From contig JAWABJ010000001.1 in NCBI GenBank assembly GCA_038884755.1, positions 128,001-192,000 of the forward strand: 64,000 nucleotides of DNA. The letters run 5' to 3'. Both the position numbers and the translations under genes were made by a program. A model generated the notes under the pieces. The model was not told the DNA's origin. It saw nothing but the letters and a program-made list of their open reading frames with translations, and searched no databases. This DNA comes from Candidatus Norongarragalinales archaeon. GTDB taxonomy: Archaea > Micrarchaeota > Micrarchaeia > Norongarragalinales > Norongarragalinaceae. Positions 19,764-30,033 of this stretch are shown here, in pieces (position 1 is the first letter of the stretch; the number at the start of each line of letters is the position of its first letter).

Positions 19764-20390
19764 TCACTTGCTTGCAACGAACCCCAAGCAACCTTCAACC
19801 CAAACTATTTTTTGAAACCCCGCTTCGGCGAGCCTTTGCTTCACGCCTTTCGGAATGTTTTTCCCGCGCGCGGCTCCCGGCGTGCCCGTATAGTGAAAAA
19901 GCCTTCCGCAGTTTTTCAAAACCCTGTAAAGCTCCCTGTAAAAAGATAGCGAGTAAAGCTCGCCCGCGTGCGACAAGCGCGGAGGGTCGTGGAGGATGAA
20001 GTCGAAAAACTCGTTTGGAAACCCTGCAACCGCTTGAAGAGCGTCTTTGTTTACGATTTCGATTTTGGGGTTCGAGAAAAGCTCTTTCGAAAAACGGTTT
20101 TGCTTCGCTATTTCCAGAACGTTCGTGTCTTTTTCGATCGTGTAAACTTTCGCAGCCCCGGCTTTCGCGCACGCGATTGCGCTATACCCCAATCCCGTGC
20201 AAACGTCCATTACCACCGCGCCGTTTTTTACGCCCAGCGCGCGTGTTTTGTCGCGCGCGTCTTTCAACGGCGTTTTGTTTTTGGTCTGGTGCATGCGCAC
20301 GCCGTCTATTTCGAGCGTGGTTTCTCCGTTCGCCAGCCGCAGCAGCTTGTAAAAACGGTTTTTGAAAAAACCCTTGCCCACCATTTCCAC
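19764..20390 (-). CDS. SAM-dependent methyltransferase
   Basis: DVCTGLGYSA, IEKD, HDPPR. Confidence 0.85.
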   Translation of the reverse strand: MEMVGKGFFKNRFYKLLRLANGETTLEIDGVRMHQTKNKTPLKDARDKTRALGVKNGAVVMDVCTGLGYSAIACAKAGAAKVYTIEKDTNVLEIAKQNRFSKELFSNPKIEIVNKDALQAVAGFPNEFFDFILHDPPRLSHAGELYSLSFYRELYRVLKNCGRLFHYTGTPGAARGKNIPKGVKQRLAEAGFQKIVWVEGCLGFVASK

Positions 20391-20494
20391 TTCGCTTTTC
20401 GCCGTAAGGGCGAATCGTTTAAAATACGCTAGTACAACCTATAATATTCCTTTTGCCTTTCATTTTGAGCTTTGCAGAAAAGGGAGTGTTTTCT

Positions 20495-20800
20495 TTGGAT
20501 GGCAAGTATTCGGCTTCGGAAAAAGTAGAGGGCGGGAAGCTCGTTTCGATAGAAGTTTCCGTGGAAAAAGGGTTGATAGCGAAAGCCAAAATTACCGGAG
20601 ACTTTTTTCTGCATCCAGAAGAGAGCATCACGGCTTTGGAGAACGCCCTCGTGGGTGTGAAAGTGCCTTTCGACTGGATTGACGCGGAGAAAAAGCTTTT
20701 GACCGTCATAACCGACAACCAGCTTAACCTCGTAGGAGTGAAATCCGGAAACGTCATTTCAGTCCTGCACAAGGCTGTTTCGCAAAAACAATCAACGTGA
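20495..20800 (+). CDS. lipoate-protein ligase accessory subunit (LplB-like)
   Basis: KVEGGKL, KITGDFFLHPEE, LENAL; adjacent to lplA; start inferred. Confidence 0.85.
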   Translation: MDGKYSASEKVEGGKLVSIEVSVEKGLIAKAKITGDFFLHPEESITALENALVGVKVPFDWIDAEKKLLTVITDNQLNLVGVKSGNVISVLHKAVSQKQST

Positions 20801-20807
20801 TTTTAGA

Positions 20808-21563
20808 ATGGATAGCGTCGAGTGGCGTGTTATTGCTTTAGAAGAGAATAGCGCTGCCAAAAACATGGCTTTGGACGAGGCGGTGAGCAACGCCGTAGCC
20901 GGGAAATTGAGCTTTCCAACCATGCGCTTTTACTCCTGGAAGCCTTCCGCGGTAAGCATAGGCTATTTCCAAAGCTTGGAAAAAGAAGTGCGTTTGCACG
21001 AGTGCGAAATGCTTGGCGTGGACATAGTGCGGAGGCGCACGGGCGGGGGTGCAGTTTACCACGACAACGCCGGGGAAATAACCTACAGCGTAATCGCTCC
21101 CGAGTCTTTCTTCCCGAGAGACATTATCGCTTCTTACAAAATGATTTGCGGGTGGATTGTAAGCGCTTTTGCCTTGCTTGGGTTGAAAGCGGAATTCAAG
21201 CCCATCAACGACATTATTCTCAACGGAAAGAAGGTTTCGGGCAACGCGCAAACCCGCCGCAACGGAATTCTCCTGCAGCACGGCACGATTTTGTACGATT
21301 TGGACGTCAAGAAAATGTTTACTGTCCTCAACGTGGGCCCGGAGAAAATCGCTGACAAGTTTATTGCAACCGTCGAAGAGCGGGTGACGAGCGTGACGAA
21401 AAACTCCGGCGTTTCGAAAGACGAGGTTTACCAAGCGCTCGTAAGCGCGTTCACTAAAGACAAAAAGTGGAGTTTCGGAAAATACTCGCCGATGGAAACC
21501 ATGGAAGCGGAAGAGCTTGCGCAAACGCGCTACTCTTCGAAAGAATGGAATTTCATGCGATAG
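20808..21563 (+). CDS. lplA: lipoate-protein ligase catalytic subunit
   Basis: NMALDEA, RRRTGGGAVYHD, KKVSGNAQ, QHGTIL. Confidence 0.92.
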   Translation: MDSVEWRVIALEENSAAKNMALDEAVSNAVAGKLSFPTMRFYSWKPSAVSIGYFQSLEKEVRLHECEMLGVDIVRRRTGGGAVYHDNAGEITYSVIAPESFFPRDIIASYKMICGWIVSAFALLGLKAEFKPINDIILNGKKVSGNAQTRRNGILLQHGTILYDLDVKKMFTVLNVGPEKIADKFIATVEERVTSVTKNSGVSKDEVYQALVSAFTKDKKWSFGKYSPMETMEAEELAQTRYSSKEWNFMR

Positions 21564-21580
21564 TATAAAGCTTGTTAATA

Positions 21581-21775
21581 ATGGAGTTTATCCGATTAGC
21601 AATAAATTTTTCTGCTCTAGGCTTATCCGTATTTTCCTCGGCCTGGATTATTATTTCAAAATCTTTATTCGAAGGTTTAGTATTTTTCTTCGTAACAGCC
21701 TTTTGTTTAATCTTTTTGCTGACGGAAGCCGAAAAATCGATACTAAGCTTCAAAGATGAGCGTGGAATTTCTTAG
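21581..21775 (+). CDS. small hydrophobic hypothetical protein (AT-rich)
   Basis: ORF fills the gap between lplA and lpd; two hydrophobic stretches. Confidence 0.4.
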   Translation: MEFIRLAINFSALGLSVFSSAWIIISKSLFEGLVFFFVTAFCLIFLLTEAEKSILSFKDERGIS

Positions 21776-21777
21776 CT

Positions 21778-23187
21778 CTAAACATGAATCGCCTTGCCGA
21801 GGGCGTCTTCGGCAGCTTCGCTCAGCCCTTCGCAAAGCGTGGGGTGCGGGTGGATCGTGGCCGCAACGTCTTCAAGCATCGCTCCCAGCTCGATTGCAAG
21901 CCCCGCCTCTCCAATGAGGTCGCTCGCGCTCGGGCCCACGATTTCTATTCCCACCAATTCATGCGAATCTTTCTTCGCGATTACTTTCACGAAACCGTCT
22001 TGCGTCCCCAGCGTCAGCGCGCGGCCGCTTGCGCTCAACGGAAATTTTCCGACGAGAATGTTATCCTGCAATTCCGCTTTCGCTTCCCTTTCCGTTAAAC
22101 CTACAATAGCGATTTCGGGGTCGGAAAAAATCACGCTCGGCACAGTTCGGTTGTTGAACGAGGTTTCCTCGCCGCAAATTATTTCCGCGGCAAGCTTTCC
22201 CTGGCGGAACGCCTTGTGCGCGAGCATGGGGTTGCCCGTAACATCGCCGACCGCGTAAATGTTAGCGTCGGTAGTCTGCAGCTTGTCGTTTATTTTCACG
22301 AAGCCCTTTTCGTCCAATTGCACTTTGGTTTTTTCCAACGCAATGTTCTGTGTCACTGGCGTGTGCCCCACGCACACGAGCACGACGTCAGCCTCTTCAA
22401 GGATTTCCTTTCCCCCTTGCGAAAGCTTTACTTTGACGTTTTGCCCTTGCTTTTCGGCGTTCAAGGCGTTCGTGTTTTCGAGTATTTTCACGTTCAACGC
22501 AGCCAAGCGTTTTTTCACCGCGCCCACCATGTCGCTGCCCGCGAAAGCAAGTATGCTCGGCAGCCCTTCGACTATGGTCACGCTGCTTCCGAGTTTCGCG
22601 TACATGCCCCCGAGTTCTATTCCGATGTACCCCCCGCCTATCACGACCATTCTTTTCGGGATTTGCTTGAGCTCCAACGCTTCTTTGGAGCTGATGATGC
22701 GTTGCCCATCGAACTCGAAGCCTTTTACCGCGCGTGGTTTAGAGCCGGTTGCGATGATGGCTTTCTTGAAGTCCACGAGCTCGACGCCGTGTTCGGTGCG
22801 GATGCCCGCGCGCGAGGACGACTCGAAGAACGCTTCGCCTGTTTTCACTTCAACCCCGTTTTTCTTCATCAAAAACGCGATTCCGTCCCGCAGTTTTTTT
22901 ATAACGCTTTGCCTCCATTCCTGCATTTTTTCAGCAGTGAATTCGACTCCAGAAGCGCTTATTCCCATGTTTTGCGTGTGCTTCAAGTCTTCCAACACTT
23001 GCGAAGCGTGAATCAGCGCTTTGGATGGAATGCAGCCGTAGTTGAGGCAAAGCCCGCCGAGCTTGTCTTTCTCCACGAGCATCACGCTTTTTCCCAATTG
23101 CGCCGCCCGTATTGCCGCAACGTAACCGCCTGGCCCGGCGCCTATTACTACGACGTCGGCAGCGTCTGGAATATCCCCAACTACCAT
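21778..23187 (-). CDS. lpdA: dihydrolipoamide dehydrogenase (E3)
   Basis: GGLCLNYGCIPSK, HPHPTLCE. Confidence 0.96.
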   Translation of the reverse strand: MVVGDIPDAADVVVIGAGPGGYVAAIRAAQLGKSVMLVEKDKLGGLCLNYGCIPSKALIHASQVLEDLKHTQNMGISASGVEFTAEKMQEWRQSVIKKLRDGIAFLMKKNGVEVKTGEAFFESSSRAGIRTEHGVELVDFKKAIIATGSKPRAVKGFEFDGQRIISSKEALELKQIPKRMVVIGGGYIGIELGGMYAKLGSSVTIVEGLPSILAFAGSDMVGAVKKRLAALNVKILENTNALNAEKQGQNVKVKLSQGGKEILEEADVVLVCVGHTPVTQNIALEKTKVQLDEKGFVKINDKLQTTDANIYAVGDVTGNPMLAHKAFRQGKLAAEIICGEETSFNNRTVPSVIFSDPEIAIVGLTEREAKAELQDNILVGKFPLSASGRALTLGTQDGFVKVIAKKDSHELVGIEIVGPSASDLIGEAGLAIELGAMLEDVAATIHPHPTLCEGLSEAAEDALGKAIHV

Positions 23188-23198
23188 TTTTGTGCACC

Positions 23199-24410
23199 TT
23201 ACAAGTATTGCTCGAGCTTTTCCGGGTTTTCTATATACGCTTTAACCTCTTCGATGAAACGCATTGCATCGCCGCCGTCCAAAACGCGGTGGTCGAAGCC
23301 TAGGTCGAAGCGCATTATTTTTCTCGCAACTATCCTGCCTTCGAACACTACGGGCGTGTCGCGCATTTTGCTGAGTCCGATTATTGCAGACTCCGGGTAG
23401 TTTATGACCGGAGCGACTGCAACTCCCCCCAAGCTTCCGACGTTGGTAATCGTGAAAGTGCCGTCTTTCAGGTCTTCGAGCCTTATTTTCCTTTCGCGCG
23501 CCGCTTTCGCGAGGGTTTCTATTTCCGCGGCTATTTCCGGGATTTTCTTTTTGTCCGCGTTTTTTATTACAGGCACAACCAGCCCGTGTTCCGTATCCGT
23601 AGCAATGCCTATGTTGTAGTATTTCTTGAAAGCGATTTCCTGAGTTTCATTCAAAAACGTGGCGTTCAGCGAAGGGTGTTTTGCAAGCGTGAGGGCGATT
23701 GCTTTTACTATGAACGACAGGTAAGACGTTTTCAGTTCGGGTTTTTCCCTCTTGAGCTTTTCGCGCATTTCGTAGAGTTTCGTGAAGTCGAAGTCTTCGG
23801 ATACGCCTGCCTGCGGAACGGAAAGCCAGGCAGTCATTTTTTCCGCGATTGCTTTCCTCAATCCGCTCAGCGGAGTGCGTTCGACGGGTCCCGCGAATTC
23901 GACCTTTGGCTGTTGCGTTTTTGCCGGCTGCGCTTGCGCGGGGTTTTTCGCCGCGTTTTCAACGTCGGAAGGCATTATTCTTCCTCCGACTCCCGTTCCT
24001 TTCACGCTGTTCAAGTCCACGCCAAGCTTTTGCGCCAAAGCGCGTACTGCGGGAGTTGCTATTGTTTTCAACTCTCCTTGCGGTTGCGTTGGAGGTGCAG
24101 GCGCGGCTGAAGGTTTTGGCACTGCAGCAATAGAGGCTTGTCCTGCGTCAGGGTTTTCGGGCGCTTTCTCTCCCTTCTCTCCAATCGCTATAATCGTCTG
24201 TCCTACTTTGATCATTTCGCCTTGCTTGACGTAAATCTTGAGGACTGCGCCGGTTTGCGGGGAGGGCAGTTCTACAACCGCCTTGTCCGTTTCCACTTCG
24301 AACAGTGGTTCGTCTGTTTTCACAGCCTGCCCTTCGCTCACCAAAACTTTTACGACAGTCCCTTCGTGGATTCCTTCACCAACGTCGGGAAACTTGAACA
24401 AGTAAACCAT
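23199..24410 (-). CDS. pdhC: 2-oxoacid dehydrogenase E2 acyltransferase
   Basis: Lipoyl site ETDKA, E3-binding GTGVGGRI, DHRVLDG. Confidence 0.93.
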   Translation of the reverse strand: MVYLFKFPDVGEGIHEGTVVKVLVSEGQAVKTDEPLFEVETDKAVVELPSPQTGAVLKIYVKQGEMIKVGQTIIAIGEKGEKAPENPDAGQASIAAVPKPSAAPAPPTQPQGELKTIATPAVRALAQKLGVDLNSVKGTGVGGRIMPSDVENAAKNPAQAQPAKTQQPKVEFAGPVERTPLSGLRKAIAEKMTAWLSVPQAGVSEDFDFTKLYEMREKLKREKPELKTSYLSFIVKAIALTLAKHPSLNATFLNETQEIAFKKYYNIGIATDTEHGLVVPVIKNADKKKIPEIAAEIETLAKAARERKIRLEDLKDGTFTITNVGSLGGVAVAPVINYPESAIIGLSKMRDTPVVFEGRIVARKIMRFDLGFDHRVLDGGDAMRFIEEVKAYIENPEKLEQYL

Positions 24411-24445
24411 TTTTTTCTACACGCTCTTGCTTGCCTAATAGAAGA

Positions 24446-25420
24446 TTAGAATGACATTGCTTTTTCAACGTATTTGGCGATGCGCTTGGCGTTGGGCAAG
24501 TGGTAGTCTTCCATGCGCGCCAAGGGCACGGGCGTGTCGAAGCCCGTAAGGCGTAGCACTGGCGATTGCATGCTGAGCAAAGCTTTTTCTTGGACTATTG
24601 CGGCAATTTCCGCGCCGAACCCGCCTGTGCGCGGGGCTTCGTGAACCACGACTGCCCTGCCCGTCTTCTTTACCGAATTCAAAAGCGTTTCTTCGTCCAA
24701 AGGATTGAGCGTGCGCAAATCCACCACTTCGACGTCGTATTTTCCTTTGAGGTTTTCAGCCGCTTCCAGCGCCTGGTGGACTTGAGCGCCCCAGGCTATC
24801 ACGCTCACGTCGCTGCCTTCTTTTGCTATCGCCGCTTTTCCGATGGGCACAGTGTACGCTTCTTCGGGAACTTCGCCTTTAATCGCACGATAAATTTTTT
24901 TGGGTTCGAGGAAAACGACGGGGTTGGGGTCGCGTATTGAAGCGATCAAAAGCCCTTTCGCGTCGTAAGGGTTCGAAGGGCATACTGTTTTGCATCCGGG
25001 CATGTGCACGAAAAACGATTCAATGCCTTCAGAGTGGTGTTCCAACGCCCTTATCCCCCCGCCGTAAGGCGTGCGCAAGACCATTTGCATGTTGAATTTG
25101 CCGCGCGAGCGCCAGTGCAATTCTGACGCGTGGTATTTGAACTGGTGGAACATCATGTACGCGAAGCCGTCGAACTGCGTTTCGAGGATAGGCTTCAGCC
25201 CGCCGGCGGCCAAGCCCACGCTCAGCCCTGCGATTCCCGATTCTGCGAGTGGAGTGTCCATCACGCGTTTTTCGCCGTATTTTTGCAAAAGCCCGTCTGT
25301 CGCCCTGAATACGCCTCCGTTTATTCCCACGTCTTCGCCCAAAACCACCACGCTGGGGTCGCGTTCCATTTCAACTGCTATAGCATTCGTGATAGCCTGG
25401 ATTACCGTCATTTTCGCCAT
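24446..25420 (-). CDS. pdhB: 2-oxoacid dehydrogenase E1 beta
   Basis: GEDVGINGGVFR, DTPLAE, EHHSE. Confidence 0.93.
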   Translation of the reverse strand: MAKMTVIQAITNAIAVEMERDPSVVVLGEDVGINGGVFRATDGLLQKYGEKRVMDTPLAESGIAGLSVGLAAGGLKPILETQFDGFAYMMFHQFKYHASELHWRSRGKFNMQMVLRTPYGGGIRALEHHSEGIESFFVHMPGCKTVCPSNPYDAKGLLIASIRDPNPVVFLEPKKIYRAIKGEVPEEAYTVPIGKAAIAKEGSDVSVIAWGAQVHQALEAAENLKGKYDVEVVDLRTLNPLDEETLLNSVKKTGRAVVVHEAPRTGGFGAEIAAIVQEKALLSMQSPVLRLTGFDTPVPLARMEDYHLPNAKRIAKYVEKAMSF

Positions 25421-25434
25421 TTTTTTCTCTCACC

Positions 25435-25477
25435 TTTTTTCTTTACTGAATTTTTCTTTTTCGAAAAAGAAAAATTC
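25435..25477 (-). repeat. element copy 3 (pdhA-pdhB spacer)
   Basis: Reverse complement GAATTTTTCTTTTT-CG-AAAAAGAAAAATTC-AGT-AAAGAAAAAA. Confidence 0.85.
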
Positions 25478-25478
25478 C

Positions 25479-26558
25479 TTAAATCCCCTCGTTCAAAAAC
25501 TCTTCCAAAAGCGCGTTCTGCTCTTTTTGCTGCGCGGGCTGTTCGCCAGCCCAAATGTGCTTGAGCAAATCGCGCGGGTTCAATTGCTTGACTTTTTCTT
25601 CGGCTTTGGCGACCGCGTCTTCGATTTTCGCGTTGTTGTCTTCCGAAACTTTCTTCGCGTAGTCTTCGTTCCACAATCCTTTCTTTGCGAGATACTTTTC
25701 AAAGCGCGGGAGCGGGTCTTTCGCCCTCCAGGCTTCCGACTCTCCCGCAGGCCTGTATTTGGTGGGGTCGTCTGCGGTCGTATGCGAGAGAAACCTGTAC
25801 GTGAGGCACTCCAAGAGCGTTGCGCCTTCGCCTTTGCGAGCCCTTTCCACGGCTTGTTTTGTTGCGCTATAAACTGCAAGCACGTCGTTTCCGTCGACTT
25901 GCATTCCTTCGATTCCGAACGCGATTGCTTTCTGCGCGAGTGTTTTCGACGCGGTTTGCAGCCGCAGCGGGACGGAAATGGCGTAGTAGTTGTTTTGGCA
26001 AAGGAAAACCGTGGGGGTTTTGAATACGCCTGCAAAGTTGAACGCTTCGAGCGCGTCGCCTTCGCTCGTAGCCCCGTCTCCGAAGAAAGGCATTGTCACG
26101 CCTTTCTTTCCGGTGTTTTTGAACGCCAAGCCCATTCCCGCCGCGTGAATCAAGTGCGTTGCGATCGCAATCGTTAGGGGGTAAATGTTTTTTTCTGTGC
26201 GTAGCCCTTCCTCGCTTCCCATCCAGTACAAAAACATGTTTTCCAGGGGCATTCCCGCGCAGATCATCGCAGCGTGTTCTCGGTAAGTGGGGAAAATCCA
26301 GTCTACGCTCGTGTCCAAGGCAAAAACGCTTCCCACTTGCGAGGCTTCCTGCCCTTCCATTTGCGCGACCGTAAAGCTCCTCCCTTGGCGCTGCAAATTG
26401 AACGCCTTCTTGTCGAACGCGCGCGCCAAAGCCATTTTCTCGTACATTTGCTTGAGCGTGTCGTTGGAAAGCTTGGGCTCTAGCGAAGCGTCGGCGTTGC
26501 CGTCCACGTCGACTATCTCGAGCTTTTTGATTTCAAAATTCATTTTCGTTTCAGGCAC
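25479..26558 (-). CDS. pdhA: 2-oxoacid dehydrogenase E1 alpha
   Basis: TPP motif FGDGATSEGD...QNN, HTTADDP. Confidence 0.93.
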   Translation of the reverse strand: MPETKMNFEIKKLEIVDVDGNADASLEPKLSNDTLKQMYEKMALARAFDKKAFNLQRQGRSFTVAQMEGQEASQVGSVFALDTSVDWIFPTYREHAAMICAGMPLENMFLYWMGSEEGLRTEKNIYPLTIAIATHLIHAAGMGLAFKNTGKKGVTMPFFGDGATSEGDALEAFNFAGVFKTPTVFLCQNNYYAISVPLRLQTASKTLAQKAIAFGIEGMQVDGNDVLAVYSATKQAVERARKGEGATLLECLTYRFLSHTTADDPTKYRPAGESEAWRAKDPLPRFEKYLAKKGLWNEDYAKKVSEDNNAKIEDAVAKAEEKVKQLNPRDLLKHIWAGEQPAQQKEQNALLEEFLNEGI

Positions 26559-27453
26559 TTGCTACCACCATTTGTTTTTCTTTCAACGCTTTCACGAACA
26601 ATTCTCCTGCCTTGTAAGAACTGCGTACGAACGGTCCTGACGCACAATAGAGAAAGCCTTTTTCCAGCGCTTTTGTCTTGAACCAGCCGAATTTTTCTGG
26701 CGCGACGTATTCGAAAACCGGAAGCTCGCGTTCTGTCGGGCGCAAGTATTGGCCGAAAGTGATGAAATCGCATTTTACGCTTCGCAAGTCGTCCATCGTT
26801 TTCAGCACGCTTTCGTCCTGCTCTCCCATTCCCAGCATTATCGAGCTTTTCGTGAATATGGTCGAATCCATTTTCTTCACGTTTTCCAGCACGCCGAGGG
26901 ACTGGGCGTAGCCGGCGCGCATGTCGCGCGCCACGCGCTGTAGTTCTTCGACCGTTTCAACGTTGTGCGCGATGACGTCCGGCTTTGCTTCGACAATCGT
27001 TTTCAGGCACTGTTCGTCGCCGCGGAAATCCGGAATCAGCACTTCAACCAAGACGCCTTCACAGTGCTTGCGTATTGCACGAATGCATTTGGCGAAATGC
27101 TCGGCCCCTTGGTCCGGCAGGTCATCACGGTCCACGCTTGTTATGACGACGTAGTCCAAACCCCACTTGCGTACTGCTGAAGCTATTTTCCAAGGTTCGA
27201 GGACGTCGATAGGCTGTCCTTCGATTCCTTTGCCCACGCTGCAGAAATGGCATCCTCTGGTGCATATGCTTCCTAAAACCATGAACGTTGCAGTTCCCGA
27301 GCTCCAGCACTCGCTCGCGTTGGGGCAGTGTGCTTCTTCGCACACTGTAACCAAGCCCAATTGCCTCAGCGTGGCTTTTACGCCTTCAAAATTTTCTTTT
27401 GGAGGGCGTATTTTCAGCCACGAGGGCTTTTGTTCCGCGTAGTGGGTTTGCAT
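26551..27453 (-). CDS. lipA: lipoyl synthase
   Basis: CEEAHCPNASEC, CTRGCHFC, VRSSY. Confidence 0.96.
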   Translation of the reverse strand: MQTHYAEQKPSWLKIRPPKENFEGVKATLRQLGLVTVCEEAHCPNASECWSSGTATFMVLGSICTRGCHFCSVGKGIEGQPIDVLEPWKIASAVRKWGLDYVVITSVDRDDLPDQGAEHFAKCIRAIRKHCEGVLVEVLIPDFRGDEQCLKTIVEAKPDVIAHNVETVEELQRVARDMRAGYAQSLGVLENVKKMDSTIFTKSSIMLGMGEQDESVLKTMDDLRSVKCDFITFGQYLRPTERELPVFEYVAPEKFGWFKTKALEKGFLYCASGPFVRSSYKAGELFVKALKEKQMVVASA

Positions 27454-27563
27454 ATCCTTTCTTTCAGTCGAACAAATCTTTTAACTGTTTTCGGCATCGC
27501 CAATTGTCGTTCGTTTCACTATGCTTTTATTCAAGCGCAAGCCGAATTTTTACGCTGTTGGAA

Positions 27564-27713
27564 ATGGATTTCACGAAAATAATGGAGTGGGACGAACTGC
27601 GCATAGTGTTGGGAGTTTTGCTAATGCTTTTCGGCCAGTTCGACATCGGGTTTTGGGTCGCGATTTTGGGTTTGTTCATGTTTCTCACTACCGAAGGCTA
27701 CTTGAGCTTTTAA
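27564..27713 (+). CDS. small membrane protein (49 aa)
   Basis: MDFTKIMEW... with two hydrophobic segments. Confidence 0.5.
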   Translation: MDFTKIMEWDELRIVLGVLLMLFGQFDIGFWVAILGLFMFLTTEGYLSF

Positions 27714-27763
27714 AACTCCAGCGGTTTTTTAAACCGCCTTTCTTTAAGAGTAGGGAGGGTGTT

Positions 27764-28120
27764 TTGTCGTTGGTTCATTTGGAAGCAGCAGATGCTTTAA
27801 TCCAGGAAGTGAGCCTGGTTTTGAGTGCGGTCGTGCTGGTGTTTTGGGTTTCGTATTCGCTCATGCTGTACCACCAGTTGAAGCGAGGCACGGTGCGGAA
27901 GGACTGGTGGCTGTCCATGGTGTTCTACATAGGCATAGGCCTGCTCGTGCTCGCGAATTTGCTTCTGGCTTTCAGCCAGCTTTACCACACGCCCATAGGC
28001 GAGCGCGTTTCCATCGCGGTGAACATGGTTTCCATGGTGGTTTTCATCTTCGCTTTCTATTTGCGAATGAAGTCTTCGCTGGAAAACCACTATTCCCCTT
28101 CCTCGAAAAAGCGCAGGTAG
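27764..28120 (+). CDS. hypothetical membrane protein (3 TM)
   Basis: GGAGGGTG RBS, hydrophobic helices. Confidence 0.6.
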   Translation: MSLVHLEAADALIQEVSLVLSAVVLVFWVSYSLMLYHQLKRGTVRKDWWLSMVFYIGIGLLVLANLLLAFSQLYHTPIGERVSIAVNMVSMVVFIFAFYLRMKSSLENHYSPSSKKRR

Positions 28121-28259
28121 GTTTAAAGTTTGCGGCGCCGAAATAAGCTTCGGAATTGGATGGGGGAGCGCAAGGGCAGTGCCTTTAACAAAGGTTTTTA
28201 AAGCAGTTTTGGCTTTATTATAAAGTCGAGTGTTTAGAGTATTCTCTTTAGGTTTTGGG

Positions 28260-28487
28260 ATGGATTCTGCCTTCACCCACTATTTGGTTCCAAAAATGGA
28301 GAAGATTGGCGACAAGGAACTAGCAGAGCTTTTGCAAAAGATGCATTGCACGAAGGAAGACTTGCCTTTGATAAACTTTTCAGACTCGGGTTTGAAGGGA
28401 TTGGAAGTCAGCGCGGGGGACGTCGTGAAAATAACCCGCGACGAGAAGAAGAAGGAATTCTACTACCGCCTGGTAGTCGAAGATTGA
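28260..28487 (+). CDS. rpoH: RNA polymerase subunit H (Rpo5)
   Basis: HYLVPK, LPLI...D, GDVVKITR, YYRLVV. Confidence 0.93.
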   Translation: MDSAFTHYLVPKMEKIGDKELAELLQKMHCTKEDLPLINFSDSGLKGLEVSAGDVVKITRDEKKKEFYYRLVVED

Positions 28488-28557
28488 AACTGCGTTTGCA
28501 GAGCATTGGCGCGTTCGGCCGCACAGGCCGCGTGCGTGAATAAGGGGTTGCCTGGGT

Positions 28558-30024
28558 ATGTTCAAGCAAGTTTCAAGCGCGTTTTTGAAGGAAAACACTA
28601 TCGTAGACCAGCACATCGAGTCTTTCAACAACTTTGTCGAGAAAACGATGCAGGACATTGTCGACGCCCAGCGCGTTATCGAGCCGCAAGTCGAGGGGCT
28701 GAGCGTGAAGCTGGGCAAAATCCGCGCGGAAAAGCCCATGGTCGTGGAAGGAGACGGGTCGAGGAGGCCGTTGTACCCGCTCGAAGCGCGGCTGCGCGAT
28801 TTGAACTATTCCGCGCCTTTGTTTTTGGAAATGACGCAAGTCGTAAAGGGAATAGAAAAGAGGACTGAAGACGTTTACGTGGGCGAGCTGCCCGTGATGC
28901 TCAAATCGAGGCTATGCTACCTGCACGGGCGCAACGCGAAGGAACTGCAGCAGATTGGCGAGGACTCGCAGGATGCGGGCGGCTATTTCGTGATAAACGG
29001 AACGGAAAAGACGCTGATGATTCTCGAGGATTTGGCGCCGAACCGCATTCTCGTTTCGAGGGAAAAGGAAACGGGTTTGGTTCAGGCGAAGATTTTCTCG
29101 ACGCGCTCCGGTTTCAGGGGGCGTTGCACGGTCGACAGGACGAAGGAAGGGCTGTTGGGCGTGACCATGCCTTCTTACAACAAGCCTTTGGAACTCGTGC
29201 TTTTGCTTAGGGCCTTGGGGCTCGTCGATTCCGAAAGGATTGTGGACGCGTTTTCTTCCGCTACCGAAGTGAAGAACGACATCCAGCTCAACCTCGAGGA
29301 CAGCGTTGAAATAAAGAGCAAGCGCGATGCGCTGGAAACGATCGGAAAGCGCGCCGCTCCCGGCCAGCCCGTCGACTATCAAATAAAGAGGGCCGAAGTT
29401 TTGATAGACCGTTATTTGCTGCCGCACATCGGCATTGAAGAGAAAAACCGCCTGGCGAAGGCTTTCTTCTTGTGCAGGATGGCCGAGCGCGCCATACTTG
29501 TTGCTTACAAAAAGCGTCCGGTTGACGACAAGGACCATTATTCCAACAAGCGTTTGAAGACTCCCGGAAAATTGATGGAGGAAGTGTTCCGCTACGCGTT
29601 CCAGTTTCTCGTGAAAGACGTTGCGTACCAAATGGAACGCGCTAACGTTCGAGGGCGCAGGATGACTATGTTTGCCATAGTGCGTCCGGACGCGTTGAGC
29701 GACAGGATAAAATATTCGATGGCAACTGGCAACTGGGTGGGCGGCTATACAGGCGTGTCGCAGCCTTTGGACCGTTATAATTTCATTTCAGCCGCGGCTT
29801 TCTTGAAGAGAGTGACTTCGCCTTTGGCTAAAAAACATCCGCACTACAAGGCGCGCGACTTGCACGGCACGCACTGGGGGCGATTGGACCCGAACGAGAC
29901 TCCTGAAGGCCCGAACTGCGGCTTGGTGCGCAACTTGTCCTTGTATTCGGAAATAACTGTTGGTGCGAAGACAGAGGAAGTGGAGAAAGTTTTGAGCAAG
30001 CTGGGAGTTTCGATGAACGTTTAA
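28558..30024 (+). CDS. rpoB2: RNA polymerase subunit B'' (Rpo2N)
   Basis: GGYFVINGTEK, ETPEGPNCGLV. Confidence 0.95.
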   Translation: MFKQVSSAFLKENTIVDQHIESFNNFVEKTMQDIVDAQRVIEPQVEGLSVKLGKIRAEKPMVVEGDGSRRPLYPLEARLRDLNYSAPLFLEMTQVVKGIEKRTEDVYVGELPVMLKSRLCYLHGRNAKELQQIGEDSQDAGGYFVINGTEKTLMILEDLAPNRILVSREKETGLVQAKIFSTRSGFRGRCTVDRTKEGLLGVTMPSYNKPLELVLLLRALGLVDSERIVDAFSSATEVKNDIQLNLEDSVEIKSKRDALETIGKRAAPGQPVDYQIKRAEVLIDRYLLPHIGIEEKNRLAKAFFLCRMAERAILVAYKKRPVDDKDHYSNKRLKTPGKLMEEVFRYAFQFLVKDVAYQMERANVRGRRMTMFAIVRPDALSDRIKYSMATGNWVGGYTGVSQPLDRYNFISAAAFLKRVTSPLAKKHPHYKARDLHGTHWGRLDPNETPEGPNCGLVRNLSLYSEITVGAKTEEVEKVLSKLGVSMNV

Positions 30025-30033
30025 GGTGGAAAC

